Positions 8,147-17,707 of a stretch of DNA of 64,000 nucleotides are shown piece after piece (position 1 is the stretch's first letter; the number at the start of each line of letters is the position of its first letter). The notes beneath the pieces are model-generated. The model was not told the origin of the DNA, did not search any database, and was given only the letters and a program-made list of their open reading frames with translations. Both the position numbers and the translations under genes were made by a program. This DNA comes from an uncultured Verrucomicrobiae bacterium (GTDB taxonomy: Bacteria > Verrucomicrobiota > Verrucomicrobiia > Chthoniobacterales > JAFAMB01), in assembly GCA_963750185.1 (NCBI GenBank), contig CAVVPV010000028.1:57435-121434 (forward strand). The letters run 5' to 3'.

Positions 8147-9556
8147 TTGACTCTCGATTTGGCGGAGAGCAGGATCGGCGCAACTTCCGTGTCGGTTCGC
8201 ATTCTCGTTATCGGGGTCTTGATGAGCGCCGGTGGCATGTCGCACGGTGCCGATGGCGATGTCTGGGAATTGCGCAAGCAGCTTGCTACGGCGCAGGACG
8301 AGACAGACAAACCGGCGATCATTGAATTAAGCCTGAGGATCGTGGAAGCGGACCCGCACGATTCAAAAGCATGGGAAACGCTCGCACGCACCGAGTTGGA
8401 AGCCGGCGAGTATGATCGATGCGCCGCTACGCTGAATTCTTGGGAAAAGAGCCCGTCGGCACGCCCGCCGGTGATCGATGATCTGCGGGGCGATCTGGCC
8501 GAAGCGCGTAAAGATTACGGTGCCGCCGAGCGGTACTGGCGCCTGCACGTCGCTGCGAGTCCGAAGGCGGTAGACAGTCTCGAAAAGCTCGCCGACCTGT
8601 GTGCGAGCGAGGAACGATGGCGTGACGCTCTGGAGTTTCGCTCACAGGCACTCGCTTTGAATGACACTGCGGCCAGCCGGATCCGCCGTGCAAATCTTTA
8701 TCTGGAGTTGCGGGAGTGGGACAAGGCATTTGTCGACGTCGACAAAGCGAACGCGGTCGATCCCTCTGATGCTACGGTCAAAGAGTGGCTGCCCCGGTTC
8801 GAACTTCTGAGAAAACTTCTGCCGCGAATCAAAACGCTGGATGCGCAAATAGGGAAGTCGCAGGGCGCGGCTGCGCTCTGGCTGGACCGCGCGCATCAAT
8901 TCGCGCTGGCCAATTGGCCGAACCTCGCGCTCAGGGATTGCCGGCGGGCGATGAAGCTGGAACCTGGGATGATGCGCGCACGGGTGCAGACGGGCGAGGC
9001 ACTGCAGGACCTTGGCCGTGGAGAGGAAGCGGCGAAGCTGCAGGTGAGCTATAACCTCGCGCGCGATGAGAACAGACATGTGAACGAAGGATTATTACGC
9101 GCTCTGGGCGTTTGCGACGTACAGGTACTACAATACTCCAATCAGGCTGACCCGCTGGTTGCCCGCGCGAAAGCCTTGCGGCGCCTGAATCAGAACGTTC
9201 TTGCGTTTGCGGACGCTCAGGCTGCTCTGGCTCTCGATCCTCAGTTGGCCGGTGCCCATTTTCAGGCGGCACACGCCCTGGACGCTTTGGGTCGCACGAA
9301 GGAAGCAATGTCTCACATCGGCGCAGCAACGGAGCTTGACCCAAATGACCCAGTGTTCTGGTACTATCGCGGTTTGCTTGAGGCGGAGCGCGCTGATTTC
9401 GATGCAGCAATTAAATCTCAAAGCCGGTCACTCGGTATCCGTGAGTCGGCAGTGGCTTTGCTCGAACGCGAGAAATGCGAGCGTCGCACGGGGCGTCTTG
9501 CCGAGGCGGACGGCGACGCGACACGAAGGAAACAGCTCCCTATGGTGCAGGAATGA
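8147..9556 (+). CDS. Secreted tetratricopeptide-repeat protein
   Basis: 469 aa. The N-terminus is hydrophobic (VRILVIGVLMSAGGMSHGA). Many TPR-like A/L/Y-rich helical pairs follow. The true start may be an internal GTG near 8189. Its stop overlaps the A2M start (ATGA). Confidence 0.75.
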   Translation: MTLDLAESRIGATSVSVRILVIGVLMSAGGMSHGADGDVWELRKQLATAQDETDKPAIIELSLRIVEADPHDSKAWETLARTELEAGEYDRCAATLNSWEKSPSARPPVIDDLRGDLAEARKDYGAAERYWRLHVAASPKAVDSLEKLADLCASEERWRDALEFRSQALALNDTAASRIRRANLYLELREWDKAFVDVDKANAVDPSDATVKEWLPRFELLRKLLPRIKTLDAQIGKSQGAAALWLDRAHQFALANWPNLALRDCRRAMKLEPGMMRARVQTGEALQDLGRGEEAAKLQVSYNLARDENRHVNEGLLRALGVCDVQVLQYSNQADPLVARAKALRRLNQNVLAFADAQAALALDPQLAGAHFQAAHALDALGRTKEAMSHIGAATELDPNDPVFWYYRGLLEAERADFDAAIKSQSRSLGIRESAVALLEREKCERRTGRLAEADGDATRRKQLPMVQE

Positions 9557-12500
9557 GATACACGGCATTAATTATCCTCTGTTTCCTCTCATGGATTGTA
9601 CGCGCCGAGACAACGCCGAGTACGAAACCGGACGCCGGAGGAGTGCTCATCGAGCCTCGCGAAGGCGAGATCGAGCCAGGGACTACGCTCACATTCACGT
9701 TTCCTACGGCTATGGTCGGAGCCGATCGCATCGACGTAGCAAATCAGCCGCTCCCGTTTGCGAGCAAGCCACGGCTTGAAGGGGAGTTCCTTTGGAAGAG
9801 CGCTACGGAGTGTGTCTTTACAGTTCAGGAAGTAATCCCTGGAGCTAGCTATAGTCTCACGCTCGTACCTCAACTAGCCGACGCCAGCGGCAAACCAGTG
9901 GAAGCGCCGGATTGGAGCGCAGAATTCACGACACCTCAGTTTTCCCTCACAGCTGATATAGAGGCAAGCGAACATCTGAGCAGTCGTCCGCAGATTCCTC
10001 TCGAGTCGAACTACGGGGTGCGTTTTGCCGAGTTGGCAGAGCACAGTTATTTCCAGGATCGGGACTCCCGCCAGCGGTTTCCGACCGAGGTGATTCAGAT
10101 CGGCGACGAGTCGACCGAGGGGCGCGAATTCCGGGTCGGACCGCGTCAGCCGCTGCCGTTAGACCGAACCTACGATTTAATAGTCGACGGCTTGCTGGAG
10201 GCGAAGAGCCGCCAGCCGCTGCCCTATCTCAAAGTATTCCCCGCGGGTACGACGACGCCTTTAAAAATCGAGTGGGTCGGCGCGTTCAATCATCCGCTCC
10301 AAGAGCCCGAAATCGACATCAAATTTAATGATGAAATTGACCCTGCCGAGGTTACGTCCGGAAAAATCCGGGTGGAACCCTCCGTGCAGGGCATTCAATT
10401 GCATGCAGGCGGTCAGGACGTGGTTGTGAAGGGCGAATTCGATCTTGCGCAGCATTATCAGGTGATAGTTTCGCCCGACTTGAAGGGGGAACGCGGTTAC
10501 GGTCTGCGTGCTGAGTCGAGATGGGGCGCAACGTTTCACGCCAAAGAACCGTGTATTGTGTTTCCGTCGTCGCAGCTCTTTTTGCGTGCGCGCCACGAGC
10601 TGCGCTTTTCCTTCCTGCAGATCAATACTCCTGGCCTGACATGGAAGCTGGCAAAAATCCCGCTCGAAAAGCTCGGGCCGGTAGAGGCAAGGTTATCGGA
10701 GTTTCAACAGCAGGAGATCGATCCGCTGACCGGCAAACCGTTGTTGGACCCTCGAACAGGGTTCGCGAAAGCCCGTCCGACGGATCTGCTCGTCGATGCA
10801 TTCGCTCTCCCCGTAACGAGCAGTGGTGTGCTGGATGCCTCGAGCGGAGACACTGAGACCCTTCGCGAGATCCGGTGCGCAGCTGGCGATGGCAAGCCGC
10901 TTTCAGGAGCTTACCTGCTCGAAGCCAGCGCACCGCTGGGCGATGGACACCTCGTGGGTAACCGATCGATCGTCTTCGTGAGCGATTTCATCCTGTCGGA
11001 AAAGCGGACACGAACGAAGACGGCCGTGAGAGTTGCGAACATGTCCGATGCGCAACCAGTTGCAGGGCTTACTGTGCGCGCGGTGACGGACGAGAACATC
11101 GAGCTGTGCCGCGCAACAACCGACCGCGACGGCATAGCAACCTTTTCGCGCAGCCTGCTGTTTCCCGATAAACAGCCTCATGTCAGCCTGTTCATCGCAG
11201 AGACAGCAAGCGGTCCGGCGCTCCGCCCAGAAGACGCCGGCGCAGCGTATACGTCGGGAAACGACGAGAATCGCCCCGCGGCAAAGCACCGTGCCGTGAT
11301 TGTTACGGATCGCAACCTGTACCGTCCCGGGCAGGTTGTGAAGATGAAGGGTATGATGCGCGACTCGACAGACACCGGCCTCGCGATTCCGGTGGCACGC
11401 GGCGTCCATTGGGAGGTGACGGAGGGCGACGAAGACCGTGTTGCCGGCGAGGGTGATGCAACGCTTGCCGACGATGGTGGTTGGGAGGCCGCCTGGGATG
11501 TGCCGGAGAACGCTCGCAACGGGCACTATCAGCTCCGCTGCGAAATTGGAAACGACATATACGGAGCATCCACCCAAATCGACATTGAGGAATACCGTGT
11601 CCCGCTTTTTTCCGTTATAGTGGACGCCGGTCATGAGATTGGGACCACGGCTCATGCGCGGATTTCGTCGGCCTATTTCCACGGTGCACCGAATGCCGGG
11701 GCGCATGTTCATTGGAAAGCAACCTGGACCGCTTCACCGGAAATTCGCGAGGATGACAGTAAGTGCTATAACGCCTATGAAGAGATCGGTCCGCGCATCG
11801 ATCCGGATGCTGAACAGATCAAATCGATCGAAGGCGACGCGAAACTCGACGACCGTGGCTTTGCGTCGCTGGAGTGCGAATCGCCATTTATAGAAAACCT
11901 AGCAATCGGACGATGCATCGTTTCGTGGCGCGCCGAGGTAACGTCCCTCGATGGCCAGACAATAACCGGTGGAACCTTTGAAGGGATATTTTCCGCCCGT
12001 GCGCGCCTTGGCGTGGCGGCAAGCGAACGCATCGGAACAAACGGAGGCGTGAGTGTCAAAATCGAAGCACTCGATCCGGACGACCGGCCGGTCAATGACA
12101 TCGCGGTCCGCGCCGATCTTTACCACGTGGCGACTAAAACTGTTAAAGAGCAGGTTGGGCCGTTCGTATATCGCTACCGGAATACTGATCTGTTTACGAA
12201 AGTATCCTCGCAGGATGCAAAGACGCCGGCCGAATTGGTCTTCCCGGTTGCGGAAACAGGCCGCTACGTTGTTGCAATAAGCGCCCCTGGAGTAAATACG
12301 CCGCTGGTCAGCGATGAGACGACCGTGACCGGCGAAGAGACCGCGGAGTTGCCGGTTGAAAATGAAACAAGTTTCCAGATCAATCACCGCGGTGAACCCT
12401 TCGCGCCGGGCGAGACGGCACTGCTGACGACGGAAGCTCCTTCGGCCGGAATCGCGTGGGTTTCCATTGAGACCGACGAAATTCTCGACACGTTTCTTGT

Positions 12501-15030
12501 GCCGCTCTCGGGCAACGCTGGGCGCATAGAGTTACCGATCAAAAGGGAGTACGCGCCCAACGTATTCGTGTCGATCTACATCACTCGACCCGGCGGGGAA
12601 AGTAAACTACCTCTCGAGCGTTTCGCTTTCACAGAACTCGCGGTGCGGAGACCGGACCGAGAACTGCAGATCGAGTCGCACCTTTCGGGCGCCTCTGCGC
12701 GTCCCGGGGAAACCGTTCACGGCGATGTGCACGTCACCTGCGATGGGAAACCTGCGCTGAAGGCAGATCTCGCCGTGTTTGTTGTCGACGACGCGGTGCT
12801 GCAGCTTGGGAACTGGCAGTTGCCAGACCTTCTCGCGGCATTCTACTATCGGCGCGAGTTCGGCGTCAAAAGCTTCGAATCCCTGGCTTCTTACCAGGAA
12901 GAGATCTCAAGCCGCAACCTGACACAAAAAGGTTTCGTTATCGGCGACGGCGGCGAGGAACAAATCGGCAATGTTCCGAACGTTCGCAAAGAGTTCCGGA
13001 CCCTGGCCTTCTGGCAGGGCAGCCTGAAGACTGACGACGAGGGTAACGCTTCTTTCGAATTTAGCGCCCCGGACAATCTGACAACATACCGCGTCGTTGC
13101 GGTTGGAGAAACAAAGGAGAGCCAATTTGGAAGTGACGCTAGCGCGACGCTGAAAGTTTCCAAACCGATTCTGGTCGATGCGGCGCTGCCGCGCTTTCTA
13201 CGTGATGGGGACGAGGTCGAACTGCGAGCCGTCGTGCACCAGAGTTTTGCGGATTCGGATGAAGTCCAGATTCGTTGTGTGACCGACGCCAACTGCAAAT
13301 TGACGGGCGCTGCGGAGTCAACGCAGACGGCGGGCCGAAACGTCCCGGTGGTATTCCGATTCAGGGCAAAGGTCACCGACAGCGAATTGCGTCCCGCCAA
13401 GATCGGTTTCGCCGTAACCGCGCAATCGAATCCGAAGATGGCGGACTCGGTCGAACTGACGCTCCCTGTTGAGCCACCAACGATTATTCGCACAGAGAGT
13501 GTCGCGGGCTCATTCACCGGACCAAATTTTGACGTGAAATCAAAGATGCCCGAGCCATGGAGGAATGGTCACGGTAAACTCGACGTCACGGTTTCCAGCT
13601 CGGCGTGGCTGCCGGAAATTGCCGGTCTGCCGGCCATACTCGATTATCCGCATGGTTGTTTCGAGCAGATCTCGAGCCGACTCCTGGCATACGCTCTGTT
13701 AGGGGATTTGTTTGCCTATCTGCCGAATGCCGAAGCGCGCGATGCCGAGTATCGAACAATTATTGAGCGAGGAATGCAGCAATTCGACGATTCGCTGCTG
13801 GAAAACGGGATGCTGCCGTATTGGCCCGGCGGCGAGAGCGGACATGCGTTCGTCACAGCGCAGGCGTTCTGGGCCGTAAACGAAGCGGCCAACGCGGGCT
13901 TCCGAGTTCCGGAGCGTCTGGCGCAACAGCTTCGCGGCGCGCTTACGAAGATCGTTCAGAGGCGAGCGCCCGCATCAGAGTTTGACAGAGTTTTTGCGCT
14001 ATTCGTGTTAAGCCAGTCAGCGATTTCGGAAGACTTCACAAACAGCGCTCAGGAAATATATCTCCGCCGGACCGAGATCGGCGACGAAGGTAGGGCACTG
14101 CTCGCATTGGCCCTCAATCACCTCGACATCATGGGGCAAGAGCAGCAACAATTGCTCCGCGAAATCGACGCACCGATCAAGGAGCGCGCCTTTGATCCGT
14201 TGACTTTGACATCCACCACTCGCGCAGAAGCGATCTGCGCGCTCGCCTTAAAGGCAATCGCGTCAAAGATCTGGACGCCGGAAAAACAGAGGGAGGTCCG
14301 TGATCGGTTGCTTGCGCTGATGAGTTCTTCTGCGTCGCTTTCGACACAGGAGAACTTGTGGCTGTTGCTCGCGTTCAAATCGATCATGGGTAGGGAGAAC
14401 GCGGAGCCTCTGAATGTTGCAGATGTCAAATGTCTCGTTTCCAGGAATCGCTGTTCCGCAGCCTGGCTCGATTGTCCGCTCGGTGAGGTACCGGTCGTGG
14501 AAGGCGTGAACGAAGGCAATCTCACGTATTTGTTGAAGGCCGTATATTCGACCGATGCAGTCGAGACTGACCGCGTGGACCGGGGATTTCGGATTGAACG
14601 CGTTGTGCGGAATCTCACCGATCCGAAGCGTACCGGGGACGCCGCCGCGCCATTCAAACTCGGCGACCAAATCCTCATCACCTACAGGGTCAATACCCGA
14701 AAACTCCAGAATTATGTTGTACTCGAAGACGCGCTTCCCGCCGGACTTGAGACGGTGAACCCTGATCTGGCGATGATCGGTAAGTTTTTTGAGATCCCGC
14801 CAAATGACGTGGGAGACCAGGTGTTATCTCTTTCGCATTCGGAGCTGCGTGACCGTTCGACCCGGCTCTATTTTGACGCAGTCGATCCCGGGTCCGCCAC
14901 ATATTCAGTATTGGCGCGCGCGACAGCAGCCGGAATCTTCCGCTGGCCCGCTACGCAAGTTTTGCCGATGTATGACAGCCGCTTCTCCGGTCTCTCCCCG
15001 TCGAGTGTATGTTTCGTGTCGGGCGAATAG
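9553..15030 (+). CDS. Bacterial alpha-2-macroglobulin family protein with thioester-like CFEQ motif
   Basis: About 1825 aa from MRYTALIILCFLSWIVRAETT (signal peptide). The length and MG-domain-like beta-rich repeats fit the family. It contains YPHGCFEQISSRLLAY (Cys codon at 13657-13659), followed by an alpha-helical TED-like region. It sits immediately upstream of pbpC, as in E. coli yfhM-pbpC. Confidence 0.88.
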   Translation: MRYTALIILCFLSWIVRAETTPSTKPDAGGVLIEPREGEIEPGTTLTFTFPTAMVGADRIDVANQPLPFASKPRLEGEFLWKSATECVFTVQEVIPGASYSLTLVPQLADASGKPVEAPDWSAEFTTPQFSLTADIEASEHLSSRPQIPLESNYGVRFAELAEHSYFQDRDSRQRFPTEVIQIGDESTEGREFRVGPRQPLPLDRTYDLIVDGLLEAKSRQPLPYLKVFPAGTTTPLKIEWVGAFNHPLQEPEIDIKFNDEIDPAEVTSGKIRVEPSVQGIQLHAGGQDVVVKGEFDLAQHYQVIVSPDLKGERGYGLRAESRWGATFHAKEPCIVFPSSQLFLRARHELRFSFLQINTPGLTWKLAKIPLEKLGPVEARLSEFQQQEIDPLTGKPLLDPRTGFAKARPTDLLVDAFALPVTSSGVLDASSGDTETLREIRCAAGDGKPLSGAYLLEASAPLGDGHLVGNRSIVFVSDFILSEKRTRTKTAVRVANMSDAQPVAGLTVRAVTDENIELCRATTDRDGIATFSRSLLFPDKQPHVSLFIAETASGPALRPEDAGAAYTSGNDENRPAAKHRAVIVTDRNLYRPGQVVKMKGMMRDSTDTGLAIPVARGVHWEVTEGDEDRVAGEGDATLADDGGWEAAWDVPENARNGHYQLRCEIGNDIYGASTQIDIEEYRVPLFSVIVDAGHEIGTTAHARISSAYFHGAPNAGAHVHWKATWTASPEIREDDSKCYNAYEEIGPRIDPDAEQIKSIEGDAKLDDRGFASLECESPFIENLAIGRCIVSWRAEVTSLDGQTITGGTFEGIFSARARLGVAASERIGTNGGVSVKIEALDPDDRPVNDIAVRADLYHVATKTVKEQVGPFVYRYRNTDLFTKVSSQDAKTPAELVFPVAETGRYVVAISAPGVNTPLVSDETTVTGEETAELPVENETSFQINHRGEPFAPGETALLTTEAPSAGIAWVSIETDEILDTFLVPLSGNAGRIELPIKREYAPNVFVSIYITRPGGESKLPLERFAFTELAVRRPDRELQIESHLSGASARPGETVHGDVHVTCDGKPALKADLAVFVVDDAVLQLGNWQLPDLLAAFYYRREFGVKSFESLASYQEEISSRNLTQKGFVIGDGGEEQIGNVPNVRKEFRTLAFWQGSLKTDDEGNASFEFSAPDNLTTYRVVAVGETKESQFGSDASATLKVSKPILVDAALPRFLRDGDEVELRAVVHQSFADSDEVQIRCVTDANCKLTGAAESTQTAGRNVPVVFRFRAKVTDSELRPAKIGFAVTAQSNPKMADSVELTLPVEPPTIIRTESVAGSFTGPNFDVKSKMPEPWRNGHGKLDVTVSSSAWLPEIAGLPAILDYPHGCFEQISSRLLAYALLGDLFAYLPNAEARDAEYRTIIERGMQQFDDSLLENGMLPYWPGGESGHAFVTAQAFWAVNEAANAGFRVPERLAQQLRGALTKIVQRRAPASEFDRVFALFVLSQSAISEDFTNSAQEIYLRRTEIGDEGRALLALALNHLDIMGQEQQQLLREIDAPIKERAFDPLTLTSTTRAEAICALALKAIASKIWTPEKQREVRDRLLALMSSSASLSTQENLWLLLAFKSIMGRENAEPLNVADVKCLVSRNRCSAAWLDCPLGEVPVVEGVNEGNLTYLLKAVYSTDAVETDRVDRGFRIERVVRNLTDPKRTGDAAAPFKLGDQILITYRVNTRKLQNYVVLEDALPAGLETVNPDLAMIGKFFEIPPNDVGDQVLSLSHSELRDRSTRLYFDAVDPGSATYSVLARATAAGIFRWPATQVLPMYDSRFSGLSPSSVCFVSGE

Positions 15031-17204
15031 TTCTTCTCGGGATCGCCGTCGCGGTAGGCTCAGTGGCGATCTGGATTGCGTGGCTGCCGCTGCCGAGCGA
15101 ATTGCAGAAACCGCTCGGTGGAACGCTCAGTCTGCTCGATGACCACGGGCGCGAGATCGCCGAGATCGCGACTCCGGAAGCCCGAGCACAGATTCCTGTG
15201 AAGTTGAGCGAGATGGGGGAATGGTTGCCGCGCGTAACGGTGGCCCTTGAGGATCATCGCTTCTATGAGCATACCGGCATCGACTTGCGAGCGACCATTG
15301 CGGCTTGCATCCGGAATATTCGGTCCGGTCGCATTGTCTCTGGCGGCTCGACGATCACGCAGCAGCTTGTAAAGATGGCCTGCGGCCGTCGGAACCGTTC
15401 ATGGCTCGGCAAGCTCTACGAAGCGGTCCTCGCGTGGAAGCTCGAACGGAAATGGACCAAGGAGCGCATCCTGGCAGAATATCTCAACCGCAGCAGCTAT
15501 GGTAACCGCCGGCTCGGACCCGAAGCAGCCGCGCGCGCTTACTACGGCGAGCCGGCGCAAAAATTGACGCTCCCCGAAGCGATTTTCCTCGCGGGTTTGC
15601 CTCAAGCTCCGACCCGACTGAATCCGTGGCGTTACCCGGATCTGGCAATCCGGAAATATGCGCGCTCGTTGGAGCGGCTCACCAAACTGGGCGTGATAAC
15701 GGAGGCGCAACGAACGCTTCTAAGCCAATCGCCACCGAAACCGCAACGGTTTGATCCGCCGCGCCTCGCTGAACATTTTGTTGACACAGTGCGGTTCCTT
15801 TTTCCCGGCCTTCAGGGCAGGGTGGAAACAACTCTCGATCTCGACATGCAGGCGACCGCCGAGCGAATGTTGCGCGCTCATCTCTCCGTGCTGAACCGCA
15901 ACGACATAAGCGAGGCGGCGCTCGTCATACTGGACAACGCCACCAGCGCCGTGCGGGCAATGGCAGGCTCGTCAAACTACGAGACGAGTCAGATTAACGG
16001 CGCGATGCGCCCGCGAAGTTGCGGTTCGACACTGAAACCATTTGTCTATTTGGCGGCGATCGACCGACGGCTGCTCACTGCTGCCTCCCTGCTGCCTGAC
16101 ACGCCCGATGCGATTCGAGGCGAATACAGCGATTACGACCCCCAGAATTTCAGCCATCATTATCTCGGTCCGGTACGCGTGCGCGAGGCTCTCGGCTGTT
16201 CCCTCAACGTGCCGGCGATCATGGCCCTTAGCCGCGTTGGGGCGCGTTCCTGCTTTTATGAATTGGAAAGATGGGGTTTCAATTTCCCGGCAAATCTCGA
16301 CTATTACGGCGCTGGATTCGTTCTGGGCAACGCGGAGATCCGGTTGACCGATCTCGCTGCGGCTTACGCGGGTCTCGCCCGCGGCGGACTCGCGATGCAG
16401 GCTAGGTTTATCGCATCCGAATACCATCCGATCACGCGCATCGCTTCCGTGGAGGCAACGGATATTATCACCGACATATTGTGCGACAATGAAGCGCGTC
16501 GGAAGAGCTTCGGCGCGAATTCCCCCCTCGCATTCGAGGAACGCATAGCAGCGAAAACCGGAACAAGCAGCCGGTTCCGTGACGCGTGGACCGTGGGATT
16601 CGATAAGGAACATACTGTGGCCGTGTGGGCGGGAAATTTTGATGATCGCCCAATGCGCGATACGCTTGCGGTACGCTCGGCGGCACCGCTCTGGGCTTCT
16701 ATCATGCGCGAGTTGCTACGGAATGATCAGCCGCTCAATCCGCCTGGCGCAAAACTCGTGCGCCGCGAAATTTGCTCGATTACCGGATTGCTGCCGTCGC
16801 GTTTCAGTCCCGGGCGAACGACTGAGCTTTTTTTGAAAGGGACCGAGCCTCAGGAAGACTCCGCTTCCTGGTTTTCGGTTGGAGGAAAATTGTTGTTGCC
16901 CGGTGAATATGCCGTCTGGTGCGGCAGCCACGACAATACTCTTGGCGCCGCCGTTATGCCCGAGCCGCGAATCTTAAACCCGGTACCGAATTCGAAGTAT
17001 GAAATTGATCCGGTGTTACCGGGGACCCAGCAGATGATCGAGCTGATAGCGACACTCGGGAGCGACGTGCAGTGGTCCGTAAATGGGGTGCCCGTGTTGC
17101 CTCAGCGAGATGGGCGCTTTTTCTGGCGGCTTGCGCCTGGCGAATGGCAGTTTCAGGCGACCGGCCGAAACGGTGCGGTGCAGGAGAAAATCACGGTTGA
17201 ATAA
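15009..17204 (+). CDS. pbpC: Penicillin-binding protein 1C (bifunctional transglycosylase/transpeptidase)
   Basis: Glycosyltransferase motifs: LEDHRFYEHTGID, GGSTITQQLVK, RKWTKERILAEYLN. Transpeptidase motifs: STLKPF, SLN, KTGTS. A PBP1C-type C-terminal domain is present. It overlaps the A2M gene by 22 nt. Confidence 0.92.
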   Translation: MFRVGRIVLLGIAVAVGSVAIWIAWLPLPSELQKPLGGTLSLLDDHGREIAEIATPEARAQIPVKLSEMGEWLPRVTVALEDHRFYEHTGIDLRATIAACIRNIRSGRIVSGGSTITQQLVKMACGRRNRSWLGKLYEAVLAWKLERKWTKERILAEYLNRSSYGNRRLGPEAAARAYYGEPAQKLTLPEAIFLAGLPQAPTRLNPWRYPDLAIRKYARSLERLTKLGVITEAQRTLLSQSPPKPQRFDPPRLAEHFVDTVRFLFPGLQGRVETTLDLDMQATAERMLRAHLSVLNRNDISEAALVILDNATSAVRAMAGSSNYETSQINGAMRPRSCGSTLKPFVYLAAIDRRLLTAASLLPDTPDAIRGEYSDYDPQNFSHHYLGPVRVREALGCSLNVPAIMALSRVGARSCFYELERWGFNFPANLDYYGAGFVLGNAEIRLTDLAAAYAGLARGGLAMQARFIASEYHPITRIASVEATDIITDILCDNEARRKSFGANSPLAFEERIAAKTGTSSRFRDAWTVGFDKEHTVAVWAGNFDDRPMRDTLAVRSAAPLWASIMRELLRNDQPLNPPGAKLVRREICSITGLLPSRFSPGRTTELFLKGTEPQEDSASWFSVGGKLLLPGEYAVWCGSHDNTLGAAVMPEPRILNPVPNSKYEIDPVLPGTQQMIELIATLGSDVQWSVNGVPVLPQRDGRFFWRLAPGEWQFQATGRNGAVQEKITVE

Positions 17205-17230
17205 GCCTCCTCCTGGTGAGCGCGCGGCGC

Positions 17231-17265
17231 GGTTCCGAGTTCGGGGTTCGGAGTTCCGGGTTGTT
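17231..17265. repeat. Heptamer tandem repeat (about 5 units, RGTTCSG)
   Basis: ggttccg agttcgg ggttcgg agttccg ggttgtt, read directly from the sequence. Intergenic, downstream of pbpC. Confidence 0.7.
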
Positions 17266-17347
17266 TGGGAGGAGCATAGATTTCCAGTCTCAGTCTGGCG
17301 TGCGAGCTTGATGTGCACCCGCTGTGGCTATGAGCCGGCGTCCGAAG

Positions 17348-17465
17348 TAGCATAGGCGTCTCGCCTGTGTCTTCCTCATCCGAGGAGCTTCGTGACGGAG
17401 AACCCGTTAGCTCTCCGGTCAATCGATACCCTTGGTGTCCGACACAGGCGAGACGCCTATGCTAC
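17348..17465. repeat. Perfect 25-bp inverted repeat with structured 68-nt spacer
   Basis: gtagcataggcgtctcgcctgtgtc (17348-17372) is the exact reverse complement of gacacaggcgagacgcctatgctac (17441-17465). The spacer holds two small hairpins (cctc/gagg and cggaga/tctccg). Confidence 0.9.
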
Positions 17466-17707
17466 TCTGTTTTCCCCTTTCCAACCCGCCCTTATCATCG
17501 CGCCATTCTGGTCAGTCAAAAAATAGGCACTTGTTCGTGTTCCCGGTAAACCCAGAACTCTCTCCCATTTGGCCCATTTCAGGCAAAGCGACTTGCCGGT
17601 TGCAGTGAAACCAGAGCCCCTGAAGCAGTTGCCGTTTTCATCGTTTTCTCGTGGGATCCTTGCCGAAAAAGTTGCATTATCGGATGGTTTATCTGCTCTG
17701 ATCAATT

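Noticed and set aside
9589-14902. Many 60-270-aa ORFs on either strand within the alpha-2-macroglobulin gene (e.g. 10903-11712, 12891-13517, 14118-14681)
   Set aside because: All are nested in a single continuous 1825-codon frame with A2M features. None has a start context or recognisable motif.
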